A stretch of 64,000 bases of DNA from Bacilli bacterium (GTDB lineage: Bacteria; Bacillota_I; Bacilli_A; RFN20; CAG-826). Location of the stretch: contig JAKSVB010000008.1 of assembly GCA_024408335.1 (NCBI GenBank), positions 12,967 through 76,966 on the forward strand, in the 5' to 3' direction. Below are positions 40,470 to 51,139 of the stretch, in pieces (position 1 is the stretch's first letter; each line of letters opens with the position of its first letter). The notes under the pieces were generated by a model. The model had not been told where the DNA came from, searched no databases, and saw only the letters and a program-made list of their open reading frames with translations. A program made the translations under genes and the position numbers.

Positions 40470-41265
40470 AGACAAAACCTACTTTGATTAGTCCTGAAAG
40501 AGGAAGTTCTTTGCCATCTATTTTGATGGTGCTATTAGGATAAGAGTATTTGGATTCGTATGAGTCCACTCGCTTGTTAGTGGAACTGACTGAGAACGAC
40601 TCAATTTCGACGTCTCCTGGCATATTAGGATCTTCATCATAGAGATTGTTAACGGAAAGGGATTCGCCAGTGAAGGTCAAAACAAAGTCATCTTTGCCGC
40701 TAGAAAGAGCCTCAAAAGAAGTTAAGGCGTTTGGCTTACCAATTGAGTTCATGTACTGCTCAGCTATATCTAGCGAGGCGATGTTATTTGAATTAATGAG
40801 GTTTGGAAGATTCATGAAGTTTGTGAGGAACGAGTCTGCCGATGGAGTATAGACGTGCTCAAAATTGTTGTTCTCTTTGACGATGTAGCTATTTTCTTCT
40901 TTGGTTACGGTAAAGACCTTACGAGAATTCTCCGTTTGGTTATATGGGGAGTTGATGATTAGTTCGTATTTGAGGACAAAAGGCGTTTTCTCGTCGCTTA
41001 TGAGGTATGGAGCGTCATAGGTCACTTTCAAATCGGAAGTCTTGACTGACTTCGACATCCAACCATCGAATGCGCTGATGGTAATGGATGAAGTGAATTC
41101 ATAATGGGTTGATTTGACTTCGAACGTAGATTGGTTTTCTTTGGTTGCCGAAAGAAGTGACTTCGCCGTGTCTAAAGATACCCCTTTGAGGGCGTTATTC
41201 GCGCATGCCCCTAAAGTGGAGGCAAAGGCTATGACCACAAATATCTTTCTTCTAATCTTCTTCAT
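40459..41265 (-). CDS. Lipoprotein, hypothetical
   Basis: Lipobox LGAC. Confidence 0.75.
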   Translation of the reverse strand: MKKIRRKIFVVIAFASTLGACANNALKGVSLDTAKSLLSATKENQSTFEVKSTHYEFTSSITISAFDGWMSKSVKTSDLKVTYDAPYLISDEKTPFVLKYELIINSPYNQTENSRKVFTVTKEENSYIVKENNNFEHVYTPSADSFLTNFMNLPNLINSNNIASLDIAEQYMNSIGKPNALTSFEALSSGKDDFVLTFTGESLSVNNLYDEDPNMPGDVEIESFSVSSTNKRVDSYESKYSYPNSTIKIDGKELPLSGLIKVGFVYEA

Positions 41266-41266
41266 A

Positions 41267-42991
41267 CTAATTAAACTGGGCGTTAAAGAGATCGTAATAG
41301 AATCCCTTCTTCTTCATAAGCTCATTATGGGATCCGCTTTCCATTATCGCTCCATCTTTCAAGACGACGATGAGGTCGCTAGAGATGATCGTGCTTAAAC
41401 GGTGAGCGACCACTAACGACGTCCTTCCTTCGAAAAGCGATTTGAAAGAGTCGTTTAGGAGTTTCTCGGTTCTGATATCGATGTTTGATGTTGCTTCGTC
41501 TAGAATGACGATTTCTGGTTCAAGCATCATGACGCGGGCTACGCAGATGAGTTGCTTTTCACCGACTGAGAGTCCACTGCTATCGCTGATGAACGTGTCA
41601 TATCCATTAGGAAGACGCTCAATGAAACCTGCGGCTTGAGCTTTCTTGGCTGCTTTTTTGACCTCTTCAAGCGTGGCCCCTTCTTTCGCATATGCGATGT
41701 TCTCGAATACCGTTCCGGAGAAAATCCAGGTTTCCTGAAGAACCATGCCGACATGCTCACGAAGGGATTTCTTATCGATTTCTCTTGTAGGCACGCCATT
41801 GATTTTGAAGTCTCCCTTTTGAGGGTCAAAGAACCTCATCAAGAGATTGATGATTGTGGTTTTGCCACATCCCGTAGGGCCAACGAAAGCGATCTTTTGT
41901 CCTTTTTTGACCTCTAACGAGAGGTTACTAATGATTGTGCGTTTGCCGTCATATGAGAAAGTGACGTCTTCTGCTTCAAGGGTCTCGATTTCTTTTTCGA
42001 TTTTCTTTTTGCCGTCATTAATGTCTTTAGGCATATTGACCGCTTCATTAATGCGGTTAAATGACGAAAGGGCATAACCGATTTCGCTCATGACGTTACT
42101 CACTTCGTTGAAAGGTTGCATAAAGCTTGAGGCGTATGTGAGGAAAGCGCTTAAATCGCCTACTAAGAAGACCATGCCTAGATTCACATCTTTGACGATG
42201 AAAAGGGCTCCAACGAGAATAAGCGTTGCGTTTATAAGAGCATTGATGAGTCTTGTTGAAGGGTTAATGAGCGCAGCTCCTAGATTGGCCTTGAAGGTAT
42301 TCTTGCGGTATTCATCGCTTAAAGCATCGAATTCCTTTTCTCTTTCCTTACTTACTCCAAGAGTTTGGATGGCTATCGAATTGTTGAGGGTTTCATTGGC
42401 AAAGGCGCTTGCCAAACCGCTTGCTTTAGCTTGCGATTTGAAGTGCTTTGTATTGAATCTCGAAACGAAACGGCTAACAAGAAGAGACAATGGGGTAAGA
42501 AGAACAACGATAAGCGCAAGAGCCCAGTTGAGGATGAACATGAAGACGATTGTTATGGCGATTGCGACTATGCCGTCATAAAGGGCAGCGAATCCGCTAA
42601 GAAGACCCGTTTGGACGTTTTCGATATCGTTCACAAGACGCTGGGTGAGATCTCCGCGACTCTTCTGGTCGATGTCTGCGATCGATGTTTCAAGATATGA
42701 ATCGAATAAGGATTTTCTCATATCCTTAATGACTCTTTGACCAACTACTGCGGTTGTTATATCAAAGATATAGCGGAAGAGCGTGCCTATAGCTAAGAAG
42801 AGACACATGAGAATTAAATAGATCGAAAGATCGACTCCCACCCCTTCGCTAATGATGACGTTAACTGCTTTGCCAGCAATAAAAGGAATCGCCAGTTTTG
42901 AAGTCGTTGAAAGGAAAGCGAAAGCAAGAGAGAGAATGGCTAAACCCTTTGAGCCTTTTAGCCATGGGAGAAAGGCTTTGAAATTCTTCAT
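41267..42991 (-). CDS. ABC exporter subunit (TMD+NBD)
   Basis: GPTGCGKT, LSVGEKQ, ILDEATS, AHRLST. Confidence 0.95.
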   Translation of the reverse strand: MKNFKAFLPWLKGSKGLAILSLAFAFLSTTSKLAIPFIAGKAVNVIISEGVGVDLSIYLILMCLFLAIGTLFRYIFDITTAVVGQRVIKDMRKSLFDSYLETSIADIDQKSRGDLTQRLVNDIENVQTGLLSGFAALYDGIVAIAITIVFMFILNWALALIVVLLTPLSLLVSRFVSRFNTKHFKSQAKASGLASAFANETLNNSIAIQTLGVSKEREKEFDALSDEYRKNTFKANLGAALINPSTRLINALINATLILVGALFIVKDVNLGMVFLVGDLSAFLTYASSFMQPFNEVSNVMSEIGYALSSFNRINEAVNMPKDINDGKKKIEKEIETLEAEDVTFSYDGKRTIISNLSLEVKKGQKIAFVGPTGCGKTTIINLLMRFFDPQKGDFKINGVPTREIDKKSLREHVGMVLQETWIFSGTVFENIAYAKEGATLEEVKKAAKKAQAAGFIERLPNGYDTFISDSSGLSVGEKQLICVARVMMLEPEIVILDEATSNIDIRTEKLLNDSFKSLFEGRTSLVVAHRLSTIISSDLIVVLKDGAIMESGSHNELMKKKGFYYDLFNAQFN

Positions 42992-44706
42992 CTTCCTTCT
43001 CCTTTCTGCATCTCGTAGATCTCCTTATAGATATCACAAGATTCGACTAGGGTTTCGTGGGTTCCGTTAGCGACGATTTGACCGTTATCGTACACAAGGA
43101 TTTGGTCGCAATCCTTTAAGGATGTCGCTCTTTGGGAAACGATGATTTTGGTTAATCCGTTTATTTTCGAAATGTTAGCTCTGACCTTTTGATCGCTAAG
43201 ATAATCGAGAGCGCTTGTTGAATCGTCGAGAATCAAAATCTCGCCTTTGGCTAAAAGGGCTCTTGCGATCAAAAGTCTTTGCCTTTGGCCACCAGAAAGA
43301 TTCGTTCCGCCTTCCTCGACTTCGTAATCGAGGCCTTCTTTCCATTTCGAAACGTATTCATAGGCTAAAGAATCCTTTAAGGCTTTAATCATCTCTCCTT
43401 CTGTCGCATCGCTTCTAGCGATAAGCAAATTGGAGCGGATTGTTCCTCTAAAGATCGATGACTTTTGTAAGACGATTGATATCTCTTTTCTCAAGGCGTT
43501 CAAATCATATTTTTGGAGAGGGACTCCCTTGTAGAGGATTTCGCCTTCTGTTGGATCATAAAGTCTTAAAAGCAAGGAAAGTGTTGTGGTCTTTCCTGAT
43601 CCAGTTCCGCCAATTAAGCCGATCCATTGACCCTTCTCAAGAGTAAATGAAAGACCACTTACGGCAGGCTTTTCGCCTTTTTTACCATAGGTAAGCGATA
43701 CGTTTCTAAACTCCACTAAAGGAGATTTCTCATTACCTTTCTCGCTTCCCTCGTTAACGATATCAGGGACGATTTCAAAGAATGAGTCGATACGTTTCTT
43801 TGAAGCGGCGGCTTTATTTAGCGAGACGATCATTCTCGAGAACATGACTAGCGCTCCAAGAGACGAGGTCAAATATGAGATGAGCGATACGATTTCGCCA
43901 GTCGTTAATAACGATCCTTCTGGGGTGGAGATGTTACCTAGATACACGACTAATATCAAAGCGAGATTAACGAAGAAGAAGGTCAAAGGGTTGATTAACG
44001 AATTCCATTTGGCCATATCAAGGCTTCTTTTTGTATATGTTTCAACGGATTTTCCAAATTTTTCGCTCTCGTAGTCTTCTTGGTTGAAGGCTCTTACAGG
44101 CTTCGCACCAGTAAGCGAATCGTGTGACCTAAGCGATATTTCATCTAAAGATGACTGAATGGCTGCGTATCTCTTAGGAGAGACAATCATGACGATGGCT
44201 ATGATGATTGCGCTTCCTGTTAATGCTCCAACGAAGATAAGACCTGTTCTCCAATCGATAAGGAAGCTAAGGATTGAAGCGCCTACGAGAAGGAATGGAG
44301 GCCTAAAGATCAAACGCATGAACATGTTGACCGCGTTTTGCATCATGAAAGCGTCATTGTTAACGAGGGTTAATGCCCTTTGTTTTCCAAAGGAATCGAG
44401 TTGCTTTTCGCTAATGGAGTTGATTCTTGAAAAGATTTCTTTTCTAAGATCATAGCAATAGTCGCTTGCAACCCTAGCGGAAAGATACTGGGCGCCCATC
44501 GTGAATAAGAAACCAAGGATGGCGATTCCAAAAAGAATGAGCGAGAGTCTCCAAGTGAATTCCCAGTCCTTATTCTTGATGCCTTTATCAATGATGTATC
44601 TCACCAAAAACGGAGAAAAGAGTTCGGCAGCGACTTCGAAAAGCTTCAAAGTCGGAGCGAGAATGACTTTAAAACGGTATTTCTTAAGCAAAGACAAACT
44701 CTTCAT
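42988..44706 (-). CDS. ABC exporter subunit (TMD+NBD, degenerate-site partner)
   Basis: GGTGSGKT, LSGGQRQ, LDDSTS, SQR instead of the H-loop. Confidence 0.95.
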   Translation of the reverse strand: MKSLSLLKKYRFKVILAPTLKLFEVAAELFSPFLVRYIIDKGIKNKDWEFTWRLSLILFGIAILGFLFTMGAQYLSARVASDYCYDLRKEIFSRINSISEKQLDSFGKQRALTLVNNDAFMMQNAVNMFMRLIFRPPFLLVGASILSFLIDWRTGLIFVGALTGSAIIIAIVMIVSPKRYAAIQSSLDEISLRSHDSLTGAKPVRAFNQEDYESEKFGKSVETYTKRSLDMAKWNSLINPLTFFFVNLALILVVYLGNISTPEGSLLTTGEIVSLISYLTSSLGALVMFSRMIVSLNKAAASKKRIDSFFEIVPDIVNEGSEKGNEKSPLVEFRNVSLTYGKKGEKPAVSGLSFTLEKGQWIGLIGGTGSGKTTTLSLLLRLYDPTEGEILYKGVPLQKYDLNALRKEISIVLQKSSIFRGTIRSNLLIARSDATEGEMIKALKDSLAYEYVSKWKEGLDYEVEEGGTNLSGGQRQRLLIARALLAKGEILILDDSTSALDYLSDQKVRANISKINGLTKIIVSQRATSLKDCDQILVYDNGQIVANGTHETLVESCDIYKEIYEMQKGEGR

Positions 44707-46082
44707 TACGCTAGCCCCTTGCTGTCATCTTCCTCTTCGGCAGTCGCTGGATCTCCAAGAATGAATTCCGCGACGACTTCTTCGACTCCATCCGTGACCA
44801 TTAGGAATCTAAAACCTTCATCAGTGTTGCCGATTATTTGATTGAAAGGGATTTGGCCATCGTTTTTGATAGCGGCCGCACTGATGACTTCATTGAAATT
44901 ATATGTGACTGGTTCTGCAACGAATCCCGTGAAGAGATTTGCTGCGTCAACTATCAGTTGAGGTTTTTCGGTAACCATAGTAAATGATGCCGTTTGTGAT
45001 TCTTCGTCGTAAAACACGTCGGTTAAGTATGAGCCTTCGAAACCTCCGCGGTTGCCATATGAATTGAGCTCAAGGCTCTCACTAAAAGTATCGACATCGA
45101 AATTAGGTTGGTCTTGTTTGTAAGAAAGGATATTGGCGAGTTTATTGATGCGATAGAAATTGTCTTGGAACTCAGATTTGATTTCGCCATCCATAAGGTT
45201 CTCACCATAAAGAACGAATGCGGTATCGGCCATGAGGTAGAAACGTATGGCGTTATAGGCACTTCTAGTTACTCCTTGTCCCTCTTCGTACATCTTTCCC
45301 ATGCGGTAGCAAAGGGAGGCAAAGATCATGGATTCCTTGCCGGTTGTAGCGACGAATCTGGAATAGCAATCCGTATAGAAATTCGAATAGATTTCATAGG
45401 CAAGGGTTGGGTTTTTCTCAACAAACATGCCTTTAACATAGCAATCCGCAAAATGAAGAAGTCCGTTCGCCGCTCCAAAAGCCATAGCTTTGCTATAGCA
45501 TTCATATGCGCCTTTTGGGTCTTCTTTTCCTAAGACTCCGCTTTCGCAAAGAACGCCCATTCTCGTAAGGGCTTGGCCATCGCCTTCAAGGCACTTTGAC
45601 ATATAGTATGAGAAAGCCGTTTGTGGATCGGCCTCAGTGAATTCGGTTCCGTATTCGAGCAAAGAAGCCAAGTCATATGTGGCATATGCGTTTCCTTGTC
45701 TGCTTAATTGGGCGAGATACTGAATGTATAACAATTCGTTTGATTTTTTATGGGTGATCTTGCCTTCTTTGTATCTTTCGCAATATGTTTGAGCGGCTTC
45801 TGGATGGTGCTCCATATAGTCCTCTCCATAATATTCGAGGTTGATTTCTTTTAATGTGTCACGGTCGATTTGGAAACCTGATGCATCGCCGACCAAAGAA
45901 TCCATGCCACATTCAGGACAAATGGCCGTAACGCCTTTTTCATCGCTGATCCAATCTTGAACGCTTCTTGCGTCGAATGTGTGTCTGCAAAAAATACAGC
46001 TACATTTCTCGCTGTTCAAAATCTCTATATCGTTGTTTGTCGTGTGTTGGAATATCTCTTCGAAAGCCGGATTCTTTTTCAT
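44706..46082 (-). CDS. Sel1-like repeat protein with N-terminal Cys-rich zinc-finger domain
   Basis: CSCIFC...CPECGMDS; LA..Y..G..V repeats; leaderless-type ATG at 46082. Confidence 0.75.
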   Translation of the reverse strand: MKKNPAFEEIFQHTTNNDIEILNSEKCSCIFCRHTFDARSVQDWISDEKGVTAICPECGMDSLVGDASGFQIDRDTLKEINLEYYGEDYMEHHPEAAQTYCERYKEGKITHKKSNELLYIQYLAQLSRQGNAYATYDLASLLEYGTEFTEADPQTAFSYYMSKCLEGDGQALTRMGVLCESGVLGKEDPKGAYECYSKAMAFGAANGLLHFADCYVKGMFVEKNPTLAYEIYSNFYTDCYSRFVATTGKESMIFASLCYRMGKMYEEGQGVTRSAYNAIRFYLMADTAFVLYGENLMDGEIKSEFQDNFYRINKLANILSYKQDQPNFDVDTFSESLELNSYGNRGGFEGSYLTDVFYDEESQTASFTMVTEKPQLIVDAANLFTGFVAEPVTYNFNEVISAAAIKNDGQIPFNQIIGNTDEGFRFLMVTDGVEEVVAEFILGDPATAEEEDDSKGLA

Positions 46083-46228
46083 GCTGAAATGATACCACAA
46101 AACTTAAGTTTTGCGTGTACCAGTTGAATATCTTTTAGCTTTTTGTAGGTTCTGAAAATGAAAAACAATACATAAAGTTTCTTTATGTCCGATAACAATG
46201 TATGATATGAGCACAAGGAGGCCTAAAC

Positions 46229-47128
46229 ATGAAAGCTGTCAAACTCACATGGTGGATCCCAGTCGTTGTCTTGTTAGTCGTAGGACTCGTCATGGGTGCC
46301 CAATATGATTTACAAGTTTCTACCGCTTTATACCATGAGAATAGCGTTTTTTCTCAGCTCATGGCCGTCCTCGGTTCTCTCCCTGCATATGTGCTTCTTG
46401 GTTTTGTTGGACCGCTCTTTTTCATCCACTACAAAGGCACGCAATCAAAATTCGCTAAATTCTTCGCTTGGAGCTGCTTATTTGGCATGCCATTCGTTGC
46501 AGGACTTGGCTTTGGCTTAGACGCTCTTCACGATGTCACATCAAACAAGCTCGTCGCTCTTGCAAACGGCGTCATCATCATGGAGCTTTTGGACTTCTGC
46601 CTCTACTTCTTCCTTTTCGACAAAGGAACCAAAAGAGACACACTTAGAGACGCTCACATCATCGGTTTCACCATCGGATTCACCGTCTTAGTCGGTCTCT
46701 TCTTCAAGGAAGTCATCGCTAGACCTCGCTTCCTTTATGTCGCAAGAGAATTCGCCGAAAGAAGATACCTTCACGTTGAGGACTTCTATCGCTTCTTCGA
46801 CGCATCTTGCCGTCTTACCGCAGAAGACGTTGGAAGACAATATTACCTCGACTCTTTCCCAAGCGGACACGCTGCACTTGCAGGCGCTACGATGATTCTC
46901 CCAATCCTTGCGAAATATAATGACAAAACAAAAGGAAAAGAAGTCCACTTCTTTATCGGCGCTGCAGTCTGGATGTTCATCTCAATGTTTAGCCGCATTT
47001 GGGATGGCCACCACTACTTAAGCGACGTCTGCTTTGGAGCCTTGATTGGAGTCATCTTGGCAATCGCATTTGCCCTAACAATCAATTTCGGAAAGAAATA
47101 CGAAATAACTGAAGAAAAGACCGAATAA
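46229..47128 (+). CDS. PAP2 family membrane phosphatase
   Basis: KEVIARPR, SFPSGH, SRIWDGHHYLSDV. Confidence 0.9.
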   Translation: MKAVKLTWWIPVVVLLVVGLVMGAQYDLQVSTALYHENSVFSQLMAVLGSLPAYVLLGFVGPLFFIHYKGTQSKFAKFFAWSCLFGMPFVAGLGFGLDALHDVTSNKLVALANGVIIMELLDFCLYFFLFDKGTKRDTLRDAHIIGFTIGFTVLVGLFFKEVIARPRFLYVAREFAERRYLHVEDFYRFFDASCRLTAEDVGRQYYLDSFPSGHAALAGATMILPILAKYNDKTKGKEVHFFIGAAVWMFISMFSRIWDGHHYLSDVCFGALIGVILAIAFALTINFGKKYEITEEKTE

Positions 47129-48096
47129 TGGAAAAGATTCTTAAGCCATTGAGATCCTTTTCTAGAAAGGAAAAGAAAGGCGAACGAATAATCGAAATCG
47201 ATTTTCTTCGTGGTTTTTCTTTGACTCTTATGGTTTTGGTCCATTTGGCGTGGGCCATAGGTTTCGTTCCTTCTGATTTCTTTGGTTTATCTTTTACCGA
47301 AGGCCCTCTTTGGATGCAAGAAACCAGCAAATTCTTTAGAAGCGTCTTCATCGCAATCGTTACGCCTAATGGAGTTAACGTATCTCAAATTGTTCACAAC
47401 TACTTGTACCCTAGCATCATTAGCCTCTATTGCTTAGAGGTAATATTCTCGGGCTTATTTGTCTTTCTTAGCGGCATTTCATGCGCCTTCTCGAAAAACA
47501 ATTTCGAACGTGGCTTTAAGCTCTTCTTTTTGGCAAACCTCATGTCCATATCCCTAGAGATTTATAGTGATATCGCTTGTGGGGCTGGGAACACTCCGCT
47601 ATACGGAGGAGGGACGCATATATGGTGTGGCATCCTTCACGCTATATCGATTGGCATAATGCTCTATTCGTTATTTGAACACTTCTTCAAGAAATGGTGG
47701 CAAACGTATATCGCAGCAATCGTTTTATCCATTCTTGCGTGCATTACCGTCTACTTCGGTTACAAAGATACTGGCGATCTTATTTCGATAACCCCTGTCG
47801 TCGATAATGCTGGCGATTTCTTTAAGAACATGTTCTTCCTTTTTACTGGTTTAAGAGGATATGGTGACGATTATTTCTCACCGCTTCTAGTCACTGCCGT
47901 TATCTTTTTTGGCGCAACACTAGGCAAAACCATCTACAAAAAGAAAAAGAGCATCCTCCCTCATTCATTTAAGACAGGTTGGATGAAGCCCTTTGCCTTT
48001 ATGGGAAGATATTCCCTGATCATTTATTTAACCCACACTTTCATAGCGATGGGTTTAGTGTCACTAGTCCTAATATGTATGGGCTATTCCCTATAA
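47128..48096 (+). CDS. HGSNAT/DUF1624-like membrane acyltransferase
   Basis: RIIEIDFLRG...MVLVH, FVFLSGIS, GILHAI, GRYSLIIYLTH. Confidence 0.8.
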   Translation: MEKILKPLRSFSRKEKKGERIIEIDFLRGFSLTLMVLVHLAWAIGFVPSDFFGLSFTEGPLWMQETSKFFRSVFIAIVTPNGVNVSQIVHNYLYPSIISLYCLEVIFSGLFVFLSGISCAFSKNNFERGFKLFFLANLMSISLEIYSDIACGAGNTPLYGGGTHIWCGILHAISIGIMLYSLFEHFFKKWWQTYIAAIVLSILACITVYFGYKDTGDLISITPVVDNAGDFFKNMFFLFTGLRGYGDDYFSPLLVTAVIFFGATLGKTIYKKKKSILPHSFKTGWMKPFAFMGRYSLIIYLTHTFIAMGLVSLVLICMGYSL

Positions 48097-48498
48097 ATCT
48101 AATCCTTTTGATGTGATCTCAAGAACCTTATCGAAATCGACGGATATCTGATATTTCTCTATGTCTTCTTTCCTAATCCAAAATACCTTTCCTTCCTCGG
48201 AAGAGATAATCTCCCCATCGAAGTCTTTTGATCGGAAAAGAATGGCAAGGTGCCTTACATTCTCACTAGGAACGTTCCATTCGAAATAGCCTACGTTCTC
48301 TAAAGAATGAACGTTTAAGCCAGTCTCTTCTTTCATCTCTCTTATGGCGGATTCGACTAGGCTTTCTTCGTCTTCGACGTGCCCCCCAGGAAAGTTGATG
48401 CCTGGCCAATCTTTCTTAAGGCGGTCGACAACGAGGAACTCGCCGCTATCCTTATAAAGCATGACCATGTTGGTTAATATTACTTTGCTATTTCTCAT
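48091..48498 (-). CDS. NUDIX hydrolase (MutT-like)
   Basis: Nudix box GGHVEDEESLVESAIREMKEETG. Confidence 0.92.
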   Translation of the reverse strand: MRNSKVILTNMVMLYKDSGEFLVVDRLKKDWPGINFPGGHVEDEESLVESAIREMKEETGLNVHSLENVGYFEWNVPSENVRHLAILFRSKDFDGEIISSEEGKVFWIRKEDIEKYQISVDFDKVLEITSKGLDL

Positions 48499-48549
48499 AT
48501 TCTTGATTCTAGTCTTTCGCATGGGCGAAAGAAATCATAAAATCTAATT

Positions 48550-49533
48550 ATGAAAATTCTCTTTAATGAACGTGACGCAAAAGAATTTGAGAAATTAGTT
48601 CTTCAGATGGATGACAACGAAGCCGCTGCAAGCTTCTATAACATCCTTCTTCAGGGACAAGAGGAAGTTAATGAGATGACTCTTCCTTATCCTATCAAGA
48701 AGCTTTCTTTAGGCGAATATAAATCAAACCCATATTTCATTAATGTTAAGCCAAAAAGAAAAAAGGAAGGCAAGGTCAGAATCGATTATCTTAAGACCCC
48801 TGCTAACCATGGCTTTGTTTATGACGAGATGATTGAGCAAGGGAAATACTATGAAGAGGTAACGCCATTTGGCTTCTTCGATAAACCTTTCGAATTCCTT
48901 GCCTTACTTGATAAGGAGCGCATCTGGATGAGCGTCACTCCTCACGAGATCAATACGATGAAAGAGGCGATAAATCACGCTCATGGAAACGTCATCACCC
49001 TTGGCTTAGGAATTGGCTACTATGCATATATGTGTTTGCTTAAAGACGATGTCTCTAGCGTCACCGTCATCGAAAGGGATCCTCGCGTTATTTCCGTATT
49101 CAAAGAGAACATTCTCCCTTTCTTCCCTAACGCCGAAAAACTAAGAATCATTGAGGCTGATGCAATAAAATATATGGAAAATGCAGGGGATTTTGACTAT
49201 TTGTTCGCGGATTTGTGGCACTTTGCGATAGATGGACTTCCTCTATATCTCAAGATAAACAAGTTTGAAAATAGCTATCCAAATAGCGAATTCGAATACT
49301 GGATTGAGCCTTCGATGTTAATCCTTATAAGAAAGGCTCTTATCATCTTGGCGGAAGAAGAACTCCATGGAACAACCGACTTCGATTATCAAGAAGCTGC
49401 GACAGTAAGCGACGAGATAATTAACGCCCTCCACTTCTTGTTAAAAGAAAAAGAAATCAAAGACTTTGATTCATTATTAAAAATGCTTGAGCTCTCCTCC
49501 TTAAAGGAATTAGCGAAATCACTTAATCTATAA
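48550..49533 (+). CDS. Class I SAM-dependent methyltransferase-fold protein
   Basis: LGLGIGY, VTVIERD, IIEADA, FADLW. Confidence 0.75.
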   Translation: MKILFNERDAKEFEKLVLQMDDNEAAASFYNILLQGQEEVNEMTLPYPIKKLSLGEYKSNPYFINVKPKRKKEGKVRIDYLKTPANHGFVYDEMIEQGKYYEEVTPFGFFDKPFEFLALLDKERIWMSVTPHEINTMKEAINHAHGNVITLGLGIGYYAYMCLLKDDVSSVTVIERDPRVISVFKENILPFFPNAEKLRIIEADAIKYMENAGDFDYLFADLWHFAIDGLPLYLKINKFENSYPNSEFEYWIEPSMLILIRKALIILAEEELHGTTDFDYQEAATVSDEIINALHFLLKEKEIKDFDSLLKMLELSSLKELAKSLNL

Positions 49534-49539
49534 TAGAAA

Positions 49540-49561
49540 ATCCTCTGCGGTCGCAGAGGAT
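49540..49561. terminator. Terminator hairpin between convergent genes
   Basis: ATCCTCTGCG-GT-CGCAGAGGAT. Confidence 0.7.
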
Positions 49562-49564
49562 CTA

Positions 49565-49978
49565 TTATTCTTCTTTCTTCTTTGTGAGGTAAACGTAGGT
49601 CATCGTAACGCCATAGATGAGCATAAGTATGGCGACGATTAGGAAACCATAAGCAAGTCTAACGTCAATACTATTTTCAAATTTGACTTGAGCAATCTCA
49701 TATATGCCTTCTAGAGCTTGGAAGACCATTAAGGTAGCCACTCCAGCGCCTAAACCAAATCTTGCCCATTCTCCAATATCCACTTCTTTCCAGAAGAGAA
49801 CAATTAAGTAGATTAGCGATAAGACGAGAGGCGGAAGCCAAACTAGGGTTATGAAGGTGCTATAAACATGGTGTGACAAAGCATAATAGATGGACATGAA
49901 TAACACTCCGAAAAGGGTGACACCAGTCCAAATCAGAGTATGCTTAAGTCCTTGTTTCTTCCTAGGCGTCAACGACAT
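49565..49978 (-). CDS. 4-TM membrane protein
   Basis: Hydrophobic; overlaps the upstream glycosidase gene end. Confidence 0.75.
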   Translation of the reverse strand: MSLTPRKKQGLKHTLIWTGVTLFGVLFMSIYYALSHHVYSTFITLVWLPPLVLSLIYLIVLFWKEVDIGEWARFGLGAGVATLMVFQALEGIYEIAQVKFENSIDVRLAYGFLIVAILMLIYGVTMTYVYLTKKKEE

Positions 49979-51134
49979 AAATCATATCTCCTAATTCTCT
50001 TTGTTTTGCTTCGGCAGGGTATTTGTATTTTGATTCTTTGCCGTCATATCTCTTCGTGACGATGGTGCTTGATCCACCGCCATCGAGGTTATAAGCAAGA
50101 ACGCACCCTGCTTCTACTGCTCTATTAGCTAAATCGTATAATGAGAAACCATCTCTTTCGCCAACGGTTCTTCCTTGGCTAACAAGCATCCAATAGTGGT
50201 ATGGCTCGATATAGCCAATAACCGTTCTTTGGTTGCCGCCAGCGCTTGATTTGCCTGAAACGATTTCGTCTGTTTCAGTGACGTTGATTTGGCCGTTCTT
50301 GACAAGTGTTGGGCCAAACATCCAAGTTTGCCAAACGCCTGCTGCGATAAGCTGATCGGTTGTGTAATTTGCTTCCATGAAGGTTGACATTGTGCCATCT
50401 CTCCAGAGAGCAAGATCTTCATATTGAGCGTCTTCGTTGTTTCTTAAGGTCGAACGGAAAACTGTTGCGTTACGGATAACGTATCCTGGTCTATGGGTGA
50501 ATGAGAAACCGCTGTCACCAGAAATAGCGCCTAAGACATCGAGGTTAAAAGTTTGTTCAACGTGATTGACTTGGTTGCTGACTTTGTCAGTTATGGCATC
50601 GCCTGGATATCCTTGAGCATCAAGGACAAGGTTGGTTCTAAGGTCTGTGATCTTTTTGATTTTGACGTCGAGTGTGTAATAGATGACGTGATACCCCCTT
50701 GAGTCATAGTTATCAGGGTGTTCATCTATTCCATATTCGTCATGTCTAACGAAAGTTACCGTTGTGGTTGTATATGGGCTTCTTCCTGGTTGGTTTTGTG
50801 AAGATGAAGATGAAGAGTTTGACGAAGAAACGCTGCTTGAAGAAGATTCAGAAGACGATTCTTGTGACGAACTTAAAGAAGCTGATGATGACGATGAAGA
50901 GGTTTGGCTTAATGAACCGACCGATGAAGAGACTGATGAGCCTGAACCGACTGATGGTAATGGCAACGAAGCAACGCTATCATTTTCGAATTCGTCAAAA
51001 ATGTTGTGGTTGAATTGCTGCTCACCACGTCCGACTCCACCGAGGAAGTTGTGCAAAAGATTAGCCGTTGCAACACCTGCAATGACAACTGAATAAACTA
51101 ACGCGAAAATCGTCACCAAACGAAACTTTTTCAT
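49962..51134 (-). CDS. Phosphodiester glycosidase (NAGPA-like) with Ser-rich linker
   Basis: FGPTLVKNG, QRTVIG, AYNLDGGGSST. Confidence 0.85.
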   Translation of the reverse strand: MKKFRLVTIFALVYSVVIAGVATANLLHNFLGGVGRGEQQFNHNIFDEFENDSVASLPLPSVGSGSSVSSSVGSLSQTSSSSSSASLSSSQESSSESSSSSVSSSNSSSSSSQNQPGRSPYTTTTVTFVRHDEYGIDEHPDNYDSRGYHVIYYTLDVKIKKITDLRTNLVLDAQGYPGDAITDKVSNQVNHVEQTFNLDVLGAISGDSGFSFTHRPGYVIRNATVFRSTLRNNEDAQYEDLALWRDGTMSTFMEANYTTDQLIAAGVWQTWMFGPTLVKNGQINVTETDEIVSGKSSAGGNQRTVIGYIEPYHYWMLVSQGRTVGERDGFSLYDLANRAVEAGCVLAYNLDGGGSSTIVTKRYDGKESKYKYPAEAKQRELGDMIYVVDA

Positions 51135-51139
51135 AGTTT

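Noticed and set aside
50764-51096. Highly acidic 110-aa ORF on the + strand
   Set aside because: Antisense shadow of the poly-Ser linker of the glycosidase gene
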